A DNA stretch of 64,000 nucleotides from a bacterium HR34. GTDB lineage: Bacteria; Patescibacteriota; Minisyncoccia; Minisyncoccales; HRBIN34. Position numbers and translations under genes: made by a program. The stretch lies in NCBI GenBank assembly GCA_002923395.1, contig BEIK01000001.1:21331-85330 (forward strand), in the 5' to 3' direction. This document shows, one piece after another, positions 17,066-27,591 of the stretch. Numbering within the stretch: position 1 is the first letter of the stretch; each line of letters opens with the position of its first letter. The notes under the pieces were generated by a model that made no database searches, was not told where the DNA came from, and saw only the letters and a program-made list of their open reading frames with translations.

Positions 17066-18904
17066 TTATTTTTTACTCTTTCCTATAATTTTTTCAAACT
17101 CATCTTTTTCAATTGTTTCTTTTTCGATTAATGTTTGTGCCAATTTTTCTAAAAGTTTTTTCTTTTTCATAAGTATGGAATAGGCTTTTTTATAAGCTTC
17201 ATAAATTATATTCGACACTTCTTGATCAATAATTTCCAATGTTTTTTCTGATAGCTCACCCCCTTCTATTAAGGCTTTTCCCAAAAACAAAGAATCTTCT
17301 TTGATCTTTAGTGATATTGGTCCAAGTTTTTGCGACATACCATATTCTCTTACCATTTTTGTTGCTATCTGTGTTGCTTTTTCTAAATCAGATGAAGCGC
17401 CTGTTGTTATATCTTTAAAGGTAATTCTTTCAGCAACATACCCGCCCAAAAGAGTTGCTATTTCATCTATAAACTCATTTCTTCTCATAAAGCTTTTTTC
17501 TTTTGCTGGTAGTTTAAGAGTATATCCTGCTGCTCTTCCTCTTGATACAATAGATATTTTTCTTACAGGTTCTGCGTTTGGTACAGAAGCGCCAACAATT
17601 GCATGGCCAGATTCATGATAGGCTGCAATTTCTTTTTCTTCTGGCGATAAAAGATGACTTTTTCTTTCGGGCCCTAACAAAACTTTATCTATTGCTTCTA
17701 ATAATTCTGATTGGGTTATTTGTATTTTATTTCTTCTTGCTGCCAATATAGCAGCCTCATTCATTAAATTTTCAATATCTGCTCCTGAAAATCCTGGAGT
17801 TCTTTGCGCTATTTCATCTAAGTTAACATCTTTTGCAAGAGGTTTGTTTCTTGAATGGATTTTTAGTATTTCTTTTCTATCTTCAATGTCTGGTAAATCT
17901 AAGATTATTTTTCTGTCGAATCTTCCGGGTCTTAATAGGGCAGGGTCTAAGACATCTGGTCTGTTTGTTGCTGCTATTACAATTACTTTTGTCTCTCTCT
18001 CAAAACCATCCATTTCAACTAAAATTTGGTTTAGTGTTTGTTCTCTTTCATCGTGGCCTCCTCCCAAACCTGTTCCTCTTTGCCTTCCAACAGCGTCAAG
18101 TTCGTCTATAAAAATTATTGATGGCGCTGCTTTTTTTGCAACATCAAACAAATCTCTGACCCTGCTTGCTCCCACGCCAACAAACATTTCAACGAATTCA
18201 GATCCTGACATATGGAAGAATGGCACATTTGCTTCTCCTGCTATTGCTTGCGCTAACAAAGTTTTCCCAACACCAGCAGGTCCTGTTAACAAAACTCCCT
18301 TTGGAATTCTAGCGCCCATTTTTAAGAACTTTTCAGGATTTTTCAAAAACTCTACTATTTCTTGAAGTTCTTCTTTCGCTTCTTTTAATCCTGCTACATC
18401 AGAAAATTTAACTTTTTGCTTTGTACCTGTAAATAGTTTTATTCTTGCTTTAGAAAAAGAAAACGCCTGTCCTATTCCTGCTTTTGCCTGCCTGAATAAT
18501 CCCCAAAAGAAAATTATAAAAATAATGATTGGTAAAAATACGAACAGGAATGAGCCAACAATTCCTAAAACATCAACTTCTTTTTTTGGAATTATTTTTA
18601 TTGCTTTAAGGTTGTCGGGGGACACATCTAACAAAACAAGGTATTCTACTAGCGATATTTCAGACTCTTTAACGCTTTTCGCCTCTTTACCGTCTTTATA
18701 GACAATTTTTATGTTATTTCCTTTTATTTCTATTTCTTTTACTTTACCCTCGTTTATATCTTGAGCAAGTTGGTTTAAAGGAATTTCTTCTACTTTGTTT
18801 CTCTGAATTTCAAACGAAGACAATACACCTGAAATCAATAAGATAACAATAATAATTATTGCGATGTTCTTTATTAAATTTGGAACAGAGGAGTTTGAGT
18901 TCAT
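17066..18904 (-). CDS. ftsH: ATP-dependent zinc metalloprotease FtsH
   Basis: N-terminal TM helices, AAA+ Walker A (GPAGVGKTLLAQAIAGEA), Walker B (IIFIDELDAVG), the SRH region, and the zinc-binding HESGHAIV protease motif. Confidence 0.95.
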   Translation of the reverse strand: MNSNSSVPNLIKNIAIIIIVILLISGVLSSFEIQRNKVEEIPLNQLAQDINEGKVKEIEIKGNNIKIVYKDGKEAKSVKESEISLVEYLVLLDVSPDNLKAIKIIPKKEVDVLGIVGSFLFVFLPIIIFIIFFWGLFRQAKAGIGQAFSFSKARIKLFTGTKQKVKFSDVAGLKEAKEELQEIVEFLKNPEKFLKMGARIPKGVLLTGPAGVGKTLLAQAIAGEANVPFFHMSGSEFVEMFVGVGASRVRDLFDVAKKAAPSIIFIDELDAVGRQRGTGLGGGHDEREQTLNQILVEMDGFERETKVIVIAATNRPDVLDPALLRPGRFDRKIILDLPDIEDRKEILKIHSRNKPLAKDVNLDEIAQRTPGFSGADIENLMNEAAILAARRNKIQITQSELLEAIDKVLLGPERKSHLLSPEEKEIAAYHESGHAIVGASVPNAEPVRKISIVSRGRAAGYTLKLPAKEKSFMRRNEFIDEIATLLGGYVAERITFKDITTGASSDLEKATQIATKMVREYGMSQKLGPISLKIKEDSLFLGKALIEGGELSEKTLEIIDQEVSNIIYEAYKKAYSILMKKKKLLEKLAQTLIEKETIEKDEFEKIIGKSKK

Positions 18905-18932
18905 TCTGTTTTGTCTTTATTTAGAGTTATTT

Positions 18933-20033
18933 TTATTGTTTTTGGGTTTCTTTTTGCTGGTCAACAAGAAATTTTGGAATAAGTATTATTCTGTAATTAT
19001 CTGGATTAAATTCTGATATAACAAATTCATATTCTTTTTCAAGGTTTAAGTGTTTTAACAATTCTTCTTTAGAACCAAACACTGATATATGGCACAAGCC
19101 CTGTATGTCTGGTGATAACTCAATAAAAGCTCCAAAATTCGCTACCCTTTTAACTTTTCCTTTAACAACATCGCCTTTTTTGTATTTGCTTTTTATTTTT
19201 TCCCATGGGTTTTCCTTGAGTTGCTTCAAAGAAAGGAATACTCTGTCGTTTTCTATTTTTACTATTTTCGCCTTTATCCTATCTCCTTTTTTGACAATTT
19301 CAGATGGATCTTCTATAAGTTTCCAATCTAATTCTGATATGTGGATTAATCCTTCAATTGGTTTTATGTTATCTTTGCTAAATTTTATAAACGCGCCAAA
19401 ATCTACCACTGCTGTTATTTCTCCCTCAACAATTTCACCTTCTTTATAATTAGATACGATTTTCTTTAGCGTTTCTGATTCCTTTTCTTTTTCTGAGAGG
19501 ATTAATTTATCCTCTTTTGGATCAATATCTAATATCCTTACTTCCATTTCTTTTCCAACAAATTTTTGGAGTTCTTTTAATATTTTTTGAGGATCGCTTC
19601 CAACTCTTGGATAGTGATCAATTGACAATTGGGAAACAGGTAAAAATGCCTGAATATTTGATATTGTTGTTATTAACCCTCCTTTATTTGCTTTTTCTAT
19701 TTTTACTTTTATTACTTCTCCTTTCTCTTTGAGTTCTTTCAAAGTTTTCCAGTTAAGTTCCTTGCCGGCTTCTTTCATAGATAACTCTACAAAACCCTCT
19801 TCATTTTCAAGTTCAATAACTCTAACTTTAACGGTGTCACCCTTTTTAAGATTTTCAATAACATTTTTTGCATCTAAGAATTCTTTGCCAAAAATAACTC
19901 CTGTTTTAAAACCATAAATATCAAAAAAAGCATACAAACCGTCGTTTCCAAGATATACGGCATCTATAATATCACCAACTTTCGGCACCTTAATTTTTAT
20001 ATCATCTTGTTTTATTTGTGTTTTTTGTTGCAT
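18933..20033 (-). CDS. rpsA: S1 RNA-binding domain protein (ribosomal protein S1-like, four S1 repeats)
   Basis: Four repeated about 70 aa OB-fold S1 modules (GDIIDAVY..., GEIVEGEITAVVDFGAFIKF..., GDVVKGKVKRVANFGAFIEL...). 366 aa, shorter than the 6-domain E. coli S1. Confidence 0.75.
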   Translation of the reverse strand: MQQKTQIKQDDIKIKVPKVGDIIDAVYLGNDGLYAFFDIYGFKTGVIFGKEFLDAKNVIENLKKGDTVKVRVIELENEEGFVELSMKEAGKELNWKTLKELKEKGEVIKVKIEKANKGGLITTISNIQAFLPVSQLSIDHYPRVGSDPQKILKELQKFVGKEMEVRILDIDPKEDKLILSEKEKESETLKKIVSNYKEGEIVEGEITAVVDFGAFIKFSKDNIKPIEGLIHISELDWKLIEDPSEIVKKGDRIKAKIVKIENDRVFLSLKQLKENPWEKIKSKYKKGDVVKGKVKRVANFGAFIELSPDIQGLCHISVFGSKEELLKHLNLEKEYEFVISEFNPDNYRIILIPKFLVDQQKETQKQ

Positions 20034-20157
20034 ACTTTTATATATAATTTATTTTTTTATCATAAACAATTTTAAAAGTCAAAATGTGGAAAAGTTTTAA
20101 TTTGATAAAGTGCAGGAAATTTTGTAAAATAGAAATATTAATTTAACTCTTTTTATT

Positions 20158-20832
20158 ATGCAAATTATTTGGAAGGGTCATGCCTGTTTTAATTTAATTT
20201 TTAGTTTTAACGATCCAAAAGCAGAAAAAAAGCAAATAAGTATTTTAATAGATCCTTACGATAACAAAATAGGAGGAAGGTTAATTTCTGTTCCAAGCGA
20301 TATTTTGCTAATAACTCACGATCATTACGATCACAACAACGCTAAAGTTGCAGGAGAAAATGCTTTTGTTATTAATATGCCGGGAGAATATGAAATAAAA
20401 GGAATTTTTATAGAGGGCATTAAATCATTTCATGATAATAAAAATGGTAAAGAAAGAGGGGTTAACACTATCTATAAAATAGAAGGCGATGGAATAAAAG
20501 TTTGTCATATGGGAGATTTTGGTCAAGATGAGTTGTCAGAGGAGCAATTAGACGGCATAGGTGATGTTGATATACTTTTAATACCTGTTGGTGGTATTTA
20601 TACAGTTGACCCTAAAACAGCATGGCACATTGTTTCGCAGTTAGAACCTAAAATTGTTATACCTATGCACTACCAAACTTCTTGGTTGCAACTTCCAAAA
20701 AAATTACATTCGGTGGAAGAATTCTTGAAAATTGCAGGACAAAAAGATGCGAAACCCCAAAATAAATTGGTTATAAAGCAAAAAGATTTGCCAAGAGAAG
20801 AAACAAAAGTTATTGTTTTAGAAAAATCATAG
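20158..20832 (+). CDS. Metallo-beta-lactamase fold metal-dependent hydrolase (UPF0173-like)
   Basis: HxHxDH motif (ITHDHYDHNN) plus downstream His/Asp ligands (CHMGD, PMHYQT). About 225 aa as in the UPF0173 family. Confidence 0.75.
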   Translation: MQIIWKGHACFNLIFSFNDPKAEKKQISILIDPYDNKIGGRLISVPSDILLITHDHYDHNNAKVAGENAFVINMPGEYEIKGIFIEGIKSFHDNKNGKERGVNTIYKIEGDGIKVCHMGDFGQDELSEEQLDGIGDVDILLIPVGGIYTVDPKTAWHIVSQLEPKIVIPMHYQTSWLQLPKKLHSVEEFLKIAGQKDAKPQNKLVIKQKDLPREETKVIVLEKS

Positions 20833-20834
20833 TT

Positions 20835-21062
20835 ATGGCAAATAACAAAACAGAAAACAAAGAAGGTTTAACAAAATTACTGTTTTATTTAGATAAGAAA
20901 CTTGATAATTTTTTAGAAAAGCCATTAGATAAAATTGACAAAAAAGTTGTAAAAATAAAAAGAGAAAAAAGAGTTTTTTATTTTTATTTGTTGTTTTTTG
21001 CTACAGCTTCTTTAATAATTTTGTCTTTTATTAAATTTTCTTTTTTAAAAATTTTGCAGTAA
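20835..21062 (+). CDS. Small hypothetical protein with C-terminal TM helix
   Basis: 75 aa with a charged N-terminal half and C-terminal hydrophobic helix (FYFYLLFFATASLIILSFIKF). Lies immediately upstream of gyrA. Confidence 0.3.
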   Translation: MANNKTENKEGLTKLLFYLDKKLDNFLEKPLDKIDKKVVKIKREKRVFYFYLLFFATASLIILSFIKFSFLKILQ

Positions 21063-21078
21063 AAAATAATTTAACGAT

Positions 21079-23583
21079 ATGCCAAGAAATAAAAAAGATA
21101 ATAACAAAGAAGTACAAAATAACGAAAACAAAAATAATTCTTCCTTGTCGATTAGCGACGGTGTGATTGAAAGAAGTATTGTTGAAGAGATGAAAGAAAG
21201 TTATCTAGCTTATGCGATGTCTGTTATTGTTTCAAGGGCTTTGCCAGATGTTAGAGATGGTTTGAAGCCTGTTCACAGAAGAATACTTTATGTCATGCAT
21301 GAAGATGGCATAACGTCTAACGCAAAATTTAGAAAATCAGCAAATGTTGTTGGTTCAACTTTGGGAAGATATCACCCTCATGGAGATCAGGCGGTTTATG
21401 ATGCTGCGATTAGAATGTCTCAACCTTTTTCTTTAAGATATCCTTTAATACAAGGGCAGGGTAACATAGGTTCTATTGATGATCCATCAGAATACGCTGC
21501 TATGCGTTATACAGAGATGCGTTTATCAAAAATTGGAGAAGAAATGCTAAGAGATATAGAAAAGAACACAGTAGATTTTATGGAAAATTATGATGGCACA
21601 AGAAAAGAGCCTGTTGTTCTGCCATCTCCAATTCCGAACTTGTTGATAAATGGTTCTTTAGGAATTGCTGTTGGTATGGCAACAAATATTCCACCTCATA
21701 ATCTTAGCGAAGTTGTTGATGCGTGTTGCTATTATATTGATAATCCTGACTGCAAAACAGAAGATTTATTTCAGTTTATCCAAGGACCTGACTTTCCTTT
21801 AGGAGGCGCTATCTTCAACAAAAAAGAAATAATTCAAGCCTATTCTCAGGGAAGAGGACCTATTATTATGAGAGGAGATATTAATGTTGAAGAAGACAAA
21901 AAAGGAAAGATTAGGCTTGTAATAACATCTATTCCTTATCAAGTGCAAAAGTCAACCTTAATGGAACAATTTGCAAAACTCATTCAAGAGAAAAAACTCG
22001 TTGGCATAAAAGATATTAGAGATGAATCAGACAAAGAAGGAATGAGGATTGTTATTGAACTTCAAAGAGATGCTTTCCCAAAGAAAGTAATAAATCAACT
22101 TTATAAATTTACAGATCTTCAAAAAATATATCATTTGAATATGTTAGCACTTGTTGATGGAATACAGCCTCAGGTTTTATCTTTGGTTGATGTTATTAAA
22201 TATTATATTGAGCATAGAGAAAAAGTTATCTACAGAAGAACTGAGTATGAACTAGAAAAAGCAAGGAACAGGGCCCATATTTTAGAGGGTCTACATAGAT
22301 GCCTTGGAAATATAGATGAAGTTATAAGAATAATTAAGGGTTCTAAAGACAGGGAAGATGCAAAAACAAAGTTAATGAAAAGATTTAGATTGACAGAGAT
22401 ACAAGCAAATGCAATTTTAGACACGAAACTTGCATCCTTGGCAAAACTTGAAAGAAAGAAAATAGAAGATGAGTTAAAAATGTTAAGAGCACAAATAAAA
22501 GAACTTGAAGCGATTTTAAAGAGTGATAAAAAAGTAAAAGAAATAGTTAAAAAAGAACTTTTAGAGATAAAACAAAAATATGGAGATGAAAGACGAACAA
22601 AAGTTTTTGCTCATGGTATAGGAGAATTTTCAGAAGAAGATTTAATTCCAGATGAAGAAACAATAATAACGATTACAAAAGGAGGTTATATAAAAAGGGT
22701 TAATCCTAAAGTTTACAAAGAACAAAAAAGAGGAGGAAAGGGAGTAATTGGTATGCAAACCATGGGAGAGGATGTTGTGGAGCACTTTTTATATGCAAGA
22801 ACTCACGATAATATTTTGTTTTTCACAGATTCTGGAAAAGTCTTTCAGGTAAAAGCCTATGAGATACCAGAAGGGCAAAGATTGTCAAAAGGAAGAGGCA
22901 TAACTAACTTTTTAGAGATATCACAAAATGAAAAAATTTTATCTCTGCTTACTTTATCAAAAGATGACATAGAAAGAGGATTTAAGTTTATTGCTATGGC
23001 AACAGAAAAGGGATTGGCGAAGAAAACTCCGTTGGATGATTTTAAGAATGTTAGGAGGTCAGGTTTAACAGCAATAACTCTCAAAAAAGGCGACAGTCTT
23101 GTTTCTGCCAAAAAAACAACAGGAGACGATTCTATTATGCTAATAACTCAAAACGGCCAATCAATACATTTCAAGGAAAAAGATATAAGGTCAATGGGAA
23201 GACAGGCAAGCGGTGTTACTGGCATAAGGCTTAGAGAAAACGATAAAGTTGTTTCTATGGAAGTTATTAATAAAGAATGGCAAAAAGGAGACATTCTTTT
23301 AATATCTGAAAATGGATATGGTAAAAGGGTAAAAATAAGTTTGTTCAAGACACAGAAAAGAGGAGGAAGCGGAATAAAAATCATGACAACTACGCAAAAA
23401 ACAGGAAAAATTGTTAGTTCTCATATTATTTATGAACAAGAACATTTAATAGCGATTTCAGAAAAAGGGCAGGTTATAAAAACAGACATAAAAAACATTT
23501 CGCAATTTGGAAGGCAGGCACAGGGAGTTAGAATAATGAAGTTAGATAAAGATGATAAAGTAGCAAGTTTCGATTGCGTTTAA
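21079..23583 (+). CDS. gyrA: DNA gyrase subunit A
   Basis: [26 protein letters not shown] with active-site Tyr region, a QRDR-like segment, and C-terminal beta-pinwheel repeats. 834 aa. Confidence 0.95.
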   Translation: MPRNKKDNNKEVQNNENKNNSSLSISDGVIERSIVEEMKESYLAYAMSVIVSRALPDVRDGLKPVHRRILYVMHEDGITSNAKFRKSANVVGSTLGRYHPHGDQAVYDAAIRMSQPFSLRYPLIQGQGNIGSIDDPSEYAAMRYTEMRLSKIGEEMLRDIEKNTVDFMENYDGTRKEPVVLPSPIPNLLINGSLGIAVGMATNIPPHNLSEVVDACCYYIDNPDCKTEDLFQFIQGPDFPLGGAIFNKKEIIQAYSQGRGPIIMRGDINVEEDKKGKIRLVITSIPYQVQKSTLMEQFAKLIQEKKLVGIKDIRDESDKEGMRIVIELQRDAFPKKVINQLYKFTDLQKIYHLNMLALVDGIQPQVLSLVDVIKYYIEHREKVIYRRTEYELEKARNRAHILEGLHRCLGNIDEVIRIIKGSKDREDAKTKLMKRFRLTEIQANAILDTKLASLAKLERKKIEDELKMLRAQIKELEAILKSDKKVKEIVKKELLEIKQKYGDERRTKVFAHGIGEFSEEDLIPDEETIITITKGGYIKRVNPKVYKEQKRGGKGVIGMQTMGEDVVEHFLYARTHDNILFFTDSGKVFQVKAYEIPEGQRLSKGRGITNFLEISQNEKILSLLTLSKDDIERGFKFIAMATEKGLAKKTPLDDFKNVRRSGLTAITLKKGDSLVSAKKTTGDDSIMLITQNGQSIHFKEKDIRSMGRQASGVTGIRLRENDKVVSMEVINKEWQKGDILLISENGYGKRVKISLFKTQKRGGSGIKIMTTTQKTGKIVSSHIIYEQEHLIAISEKGQVIKTDIKNISQFGRQAQGVRIMKLDKDDKVASFDCV

Positions 23584-23636
23584 AATTGTTTCAAGAAAAT
23601 TAGTGTTTGGTAAAATATAATAATTATTTTATTAAA

Positions 23637-24152
23637 ATGAAAAATAAATTTTTTAGAGCAGTTTTATTAATTTTGGTGGTTTTATTTTCTTTGCCTATTC
23701 TAATTTTTGCGCAGGGAGGCGGTAAGGGTTTGTGTGAGGCTTGCGATCCTAATGCTGCTAGTGATGAGTGTGGTGTTCATGAAATAAAAGATGAAAGTGG
23801 CAATGTTATTGAGACAAAAGATTTGGTTTGCGTGAGTATTGATGGAAAAACAGGGCAATGTGAGATAAAAGGAGAGATAACTTTTTGCCCTAAGACTATT
23901 ATTGATGGTGGCGAATCACCCTTACTGGCAATTATAGGTAAAGTTATTAACCTTTTATTTATGCTCGCTGTTATTATAGCTCCTTTAATGTTGGTGGTCG
24001 CAGGGTTAATTTTTATGTTTTCTGTTGGCAATTACGAACTTAGAGAAAAAGTAAAATCAATTATAGTTTGGACAATAATTGGTTTTGTTGTAATTGCTTT
24101 AAGTTATGTTATTTTATCGATTATTAAATACCTCCTCAATATTGAAACTTAA
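23637..24152 (+). CDS. Small secreted Cys-rich protein with C-terminal two-helix membrane hairpin (T4SS pilin/VirB2-TrbC-like), paralog 1
   Basis: Probable true start is ATG 23637 (MKNKFFRAVLLILVVLFSLPILIFAQGGG signal peptide). The track start 23607 uses TTG. Architecture is a 7-Cys ectodomain, then helix 1, the loop VGNYELREK, then helix 2. Paralogous to the next two genes. Confidence 0.45.
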   Translation: MKNKFFRAVLLILVVLFSLPILIFAQGGGKGLCEACDPNAASDECGVHEIKDESGNVIETKDLVCVSIDGKTGQCEIKGEITFCPKTIIDGGESPLLAIIGKVINLLFMLAVIIAPLMLVVAGLIFMFSVGNYELREKVKSIIVWTIIGFVVIALSYVILSIIKYLLNIET

Positions 24153-24153
24153 A

Positions 24154-24561
24154 ATGACTAAAAAACTCTCATCACTTCTTTTCTTATTAATATTTTTTCC
24201 TTCTTTTTTGTTTTCTGCTGGTTTGTGTGAGAAATGTTCTGGCGTTGGTAATTGTGACGCTGGTTTAACTTGTGTTGATGGCAAATGCGTTTATGAAGGA
24301 GAAGATGTTGCTCAAATTTGTCCTGTTTCTGAAACAAGTTTTGTAGATTTTTTAGCAAATCTTTTTTGGTCAATAACTTATATTTTGGTTGCTGTTATTG
24401 GTGTGATGGCAGCAATTGGTGGTTTTTTATACGTTACAGCAGGAGGCAATTATTACAACATTGAAAGGGCAAAAGCATTTTTGTCTTGGATAATTTACGC
24501 TGTTATATTTATATTTTTAATGCAAATATCTTTAATAATAATAAGATTGGTTCTTGAATAA
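24154..24561 (+). CDS. Small secreted Cys-rich protein with C-terminal two-helix membrane hairpin (T4SS pilin-like), paralog 2
   Basis: Probable start at internal Met (MTKKLSSLLFLLIFFPSFLFSAG signal peptide). The track ORF starts at 24106. Architecture is a 7-Cys ectodomain (CEKCSGVGNCDAGLTCVDGKC), helix 1, the loop AGGNYYNIERAK, then helix 2. Confidence 0.45.
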   Translation: MTKKLSSLLFLLIFFPSFLFSAGLCEKCSGVGNCDAGLTCVDGKCVYEGEDVAQICPVSETSFVDFLANLFWSITYILVAVIGVMAAIGGFLYVTAGGNYYNIERAKAFLSWIIYAVIFIFLMQISLIIIRLVLE

Positions 24562-24704
24562 ACAAAATAATTTTTTTACTTGACTTAGTTTTATGATGTT
24601 ATATATTTTAAATATAAATCAATAAAGGTCGAATTAATTATAAAGCAATTAAAGGTCGATAAAAAATAACTAAATTTATAATTAAAAAACTAAATTAAAA
24701 ATTT

Positions 24705-25142
24705 ATGCAATTAAAGAAACTACTAGCTACAATTTCATTACTATCTTTAGTTTTAGGTTTGGTTGTAGTTATACCTGACTATGCTCAATCACAACAACCA
24801 TTGGGTCCACAGGCTGGTTGTACATTAAGGACAGATGTAAAATGGGAAAATAGTACAATCAACAAGGGCACTCCGGCTAATGAAGGAAATTATGGGCAAG
24901 CATGGTCAACAATATGTCTCATAGATACAATTCAGTTTGCAATAAGATGGTTATTCTTAATTATTGTTATTATAGCAGTAATATTGATAGTAATTGCTTC
25001 TCTACTGTGGTTGACAGCAGCAGGTAATGAAGAACAAACAAAGAGAGCAAGAGGTCTTATAACAGCAGCAGCAGTTGGTATTGCAATAGCAGCAATAGCT
25101 TACATGGTACCTTCAATAGTAAGATACATTTTAGGTGTGTAA
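24705..25142 (+). CDS. Small secreted protein with C-terminal two-helix membrane hairpin (T4SS pilin-like), paralog 3
   Basis: Signal peptide MQLKKLLATISLLSLVLGLVVVIPDYAQS, a 2-Cys ectodomain, helix 1, the loop AAGNEEQTKRAR, then an Ala/Gly-rich helix 2. It has its own upstream AAAGGTCGA motifs and a strong terminator. Confidence 0.45.
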   Translation: MQLKKLLATISLLSLVLGLVVVIPDYAQSQQPLGPQAGCTLRTDVKWENSTINKGTPANEGNYGQAWSTICLIDTIQFAIRWLFLIIVIIAVILIVIASLLWLTAAGNEEQTKRARGLITAAAVGIAIAAIAYMVPSIVRYILGV

Positions 25143-25162
25143 AGATAAATTAAGGGATTTTT

Positions 25163-25198
25163 GGGGCGCGCCCTTTGAGGGCGCGCCTTTTGTTTTTT
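25163..25198 (+). terminator. Rho-independent terminator after pilin-like gene array
   Basis: GGGGCGCGCCC-TTTGA-GGGCGCGCC GC-rich hairpin followed by TTTTGTTTTTT. Confidence 0.8.
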
Positions 25199-25461
25199 GA
25201 TTTTACTTTGCTAAAATAAAATAATAAACAAAAACAATATAACTTTCACAAGAAATGTAGTTGGAACTATTAGGAAATTATATTAGTCTGATAATTTAAA
25301 CATTGTATAGTAGAATAAAATTGCGTTTGTTAGAAAAGACAATTTAATATCTATTCATAAAAATAATTTTAATCATAATGGGGAGAAAGATGAAGGTGTT
25401 ATAATAACAACTCTTAAAATTACAACACAAGGTATAAAAGAAAAAAGTTTAGAAATTTTAG

Positions 25462-27561
25462 ATGAACTATTTTGACTTACCACTAAGAAAAATAATTAGT
25501 ATTGGCGAGAGTTTAAGCAAAAAACTTGAAAGTGCTGGAATTAAAACAATAGGCGACGTGCTTTTCTATTTTCCAATAAGATATGATGATTTAACAAAGT
25601 TAAAAGATATAAAAGATGTAAGGTTAGGAGAAGAAGTTGTCTTAAAAGGTAAAATACTGCAGTTGTCTCATAGTAAGACTTTCAAAAAAAACATATTTAT
25701 TACAGAAGCTTTGGTTTCTGACAATACAGGATCAATTAGGGTTATTTGGTTTAACCAGCCATATTTAAAAAATGTTTTAAGAGAGGGAGGTGAGTATTAT
25801 TTTTTTGGAAAAATATATTTTGATAAAAAAAGTCTTTATCTTTCAACACCGTTTTTTGAAGAAGTAAAAGACAAACAAAAATATTTTGACAAAATTTTTC
25901 CTGTTTACAAAGAAATAAAAAATCTTCCATCAAGGCAGATAGCAAATCTTGTTAAAAAAACAATAGAAAAAATTCCAGAATTGAAAGATTATTTGCCAGA
26001 TTTTATTTTAGAAAGAGAAGGTTATCTAAAATTAAAAGACGCTTTTGAAAAAATTCATTTTCCTTCTTCTGTAAAAGAGGCAGAATTGGCAATAGAAAGA
26101 TTTAAGTTTGAGCAGGTTTTTAGCATAATATTGCTGACATTAAAAATAAAATATAAAATATCAAGACAAATAGCGCCTGTCATAAAACCTGATATTGATT
26201 TAATTAAAAAATTTTTATCAACTCTTAACTTCAACCTTACTTTAGCGCAAAAAAAGGCAATATGGATTATATTAAAGGATTTAGAAAAACCAAGGCCAAT
26301 GAACAGACTCTTGGAAGGCGATGTTGGTTCTGGTAAAACAGTTGTTGCTTTAACTTGCGCTTTAAATTGCATAAAGCAAGGCTATCAGGTTGCTTTTATG
26401 GTTCCAACAGAAGTTTTAGCAAAACAACACTTTAAAACAGCAGCAAAGCTTTTCGCTGACTTTGGAGTAAATATAGGTTTACTAACTGGCAGAGAAGATA
26501 AATTTATTTCGGAAAAACTTAAAAATCAAGAAATAGAAATTTCAGAAAGAAAACTTTTACAAAAAACAGAAAAAGGAGAAATAGATATATTAATTGGCAC
26601 CCACACTTTAATACAAGACAAAGTTAAATTCGCAAGACTCGGTTTTATAATTTTAGACGAACAGCACAGATTTGGCGTCGAACAAAGGGCAAAACTTGCC
26701 AAAAGTCCAATAAGAGAAAACGGAAAAATTTTAATACCGCACTTGCTTTCAATGACAGCAACTCCCATACCAAGAACCCTTGCTTTAACAATTTACGGTG
26801 ACTTAGATGTTGTTTTATTAGATCAACTTCCAGAAGGAAGAAAAAAAGTTGTAACAAAAGTTTTTTCAAATAAAGACAAAGAAAAAGCCTTGGAGATTGT
26901 AAAAGAGGAAGTATTAAAAGGAAATCAATGTTTCGTTATATGTCCAAGAATAGAAGAAAAAGAAAAAAAAGAAATGGAGTTAGTTTCTGTTAATGAAGAA
27001 TACGAGTTTTTAAAAAAAAGATTTCCAAAGTTTAATATAGCAAAAATACACAGTAAACTTAAAAAAACAGAAAAAGAGAAGATAATGCAGGATTTTAGAG
27101 ATGGAAATATAGACATTTTAGTTTCAACGTCAGTTGTTGAAGTTGGCGTTGATATACCAAAAGCAACCTGCATTTTAATAGAAAACGCCGAAAGATTTGG
27201 CTTGGCGCAATTGCACCAATTTAGAGGGAGGGTTGGGAGGAGTGATTTACAATCTTTCTGCCTTTTAATTACCGACAAAAAATCTTTAAAAACATTGCAA
27301 AGAATTAAGGCTATTTTAGAGAGTAAAAACAGTTTTGAACTTGCCGAAAAAGATTTACAAATAAGAGGGCCTGGAGATTTTATTGGCAAAAAACAATCTG
27401 GTATGCCAGATATTGCCATGCAAGCCTTATCTGATAGGAAATTAGTTGAAAAGGCAAGGGAATATGCAAAAGAGCTTTTAGAAAAAGATCTACATCTTAA
27501 AAACTATCCTTACTTGAGAAGTAAACTTGTAGAATTGGCAAAAAAAATTCATTTTGAGTAA
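25462..27561 (+). CDS. recG: ATP-dependent DNA helicase RecG
   Basis: N-terminal wedge/OB domain, helicase motif I (EGDVGSGKTVVA), DEQHRFGV, motif VI (QLHQFRGRVGRS) and C-terminal TRG-like region. 699 aa. Confidence 0.9.
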   Translation: MNYFDLPLRKIISIGESLSKKLESAGIKTIGDVLFYFPIRYDDLTKLKDIKDVRLGEEVVLKGKILQLSHSKTFKKNIFITEALVSDNTGSIRVIWFNQPYLKNVLREGGEYYFFGKIYFDKKSLYLSTPFFEEVKDKQKYFDKIFPVYKEIKNLPSRQIANLVKKTIEKIPELKDYLPDFILEREGYLKLKDAFEKIHFPSSVKEAELAIERFKFEQVFSIILLTLKIKYKISRQIAPVIKPDIDLIKKFLSTLNFNLTLAQKKAIWIILKDLEKPRPMNRLLEGDVGSGKTVVALTCALNCIKQGYQVAFMVPTEVLAKQHFKTAAKLFADFGVNIGLLTGREDKFISEKLKNQEIEISERKLLQKTEKGEIDILIGTHTLIQDKVKFARLGFIILDEQHRFGVEQRAKLAKSPIRENGKILIPHLLSMTATPIPRTLALTIYGDLDVVLLDQLPEGRKKVVTKVFSNKDKEKALEIVKEEVLKGNQCFVICPRIEEKEKKEMELVSVNEEYEFLKKRFPKFNIAKIHSKLKKTEKEKIMQDFRDGNIDILVSTSVVEVGVDIPKATCILIENAERFGLAQLHQFRGRVGRSDLQSFCLLITDKKSLKTLQRIKAILESKNSFELAEKDLQIRGPGDFIGKKQSGMPDIAMQALSDRKLVEKAREYAKELLEKDLHLKNYPYLRSKLVELAKKIHFE

Positions 27562-27591
27562 AATATAACTATTAAGGTAATTTTAAAAAAA

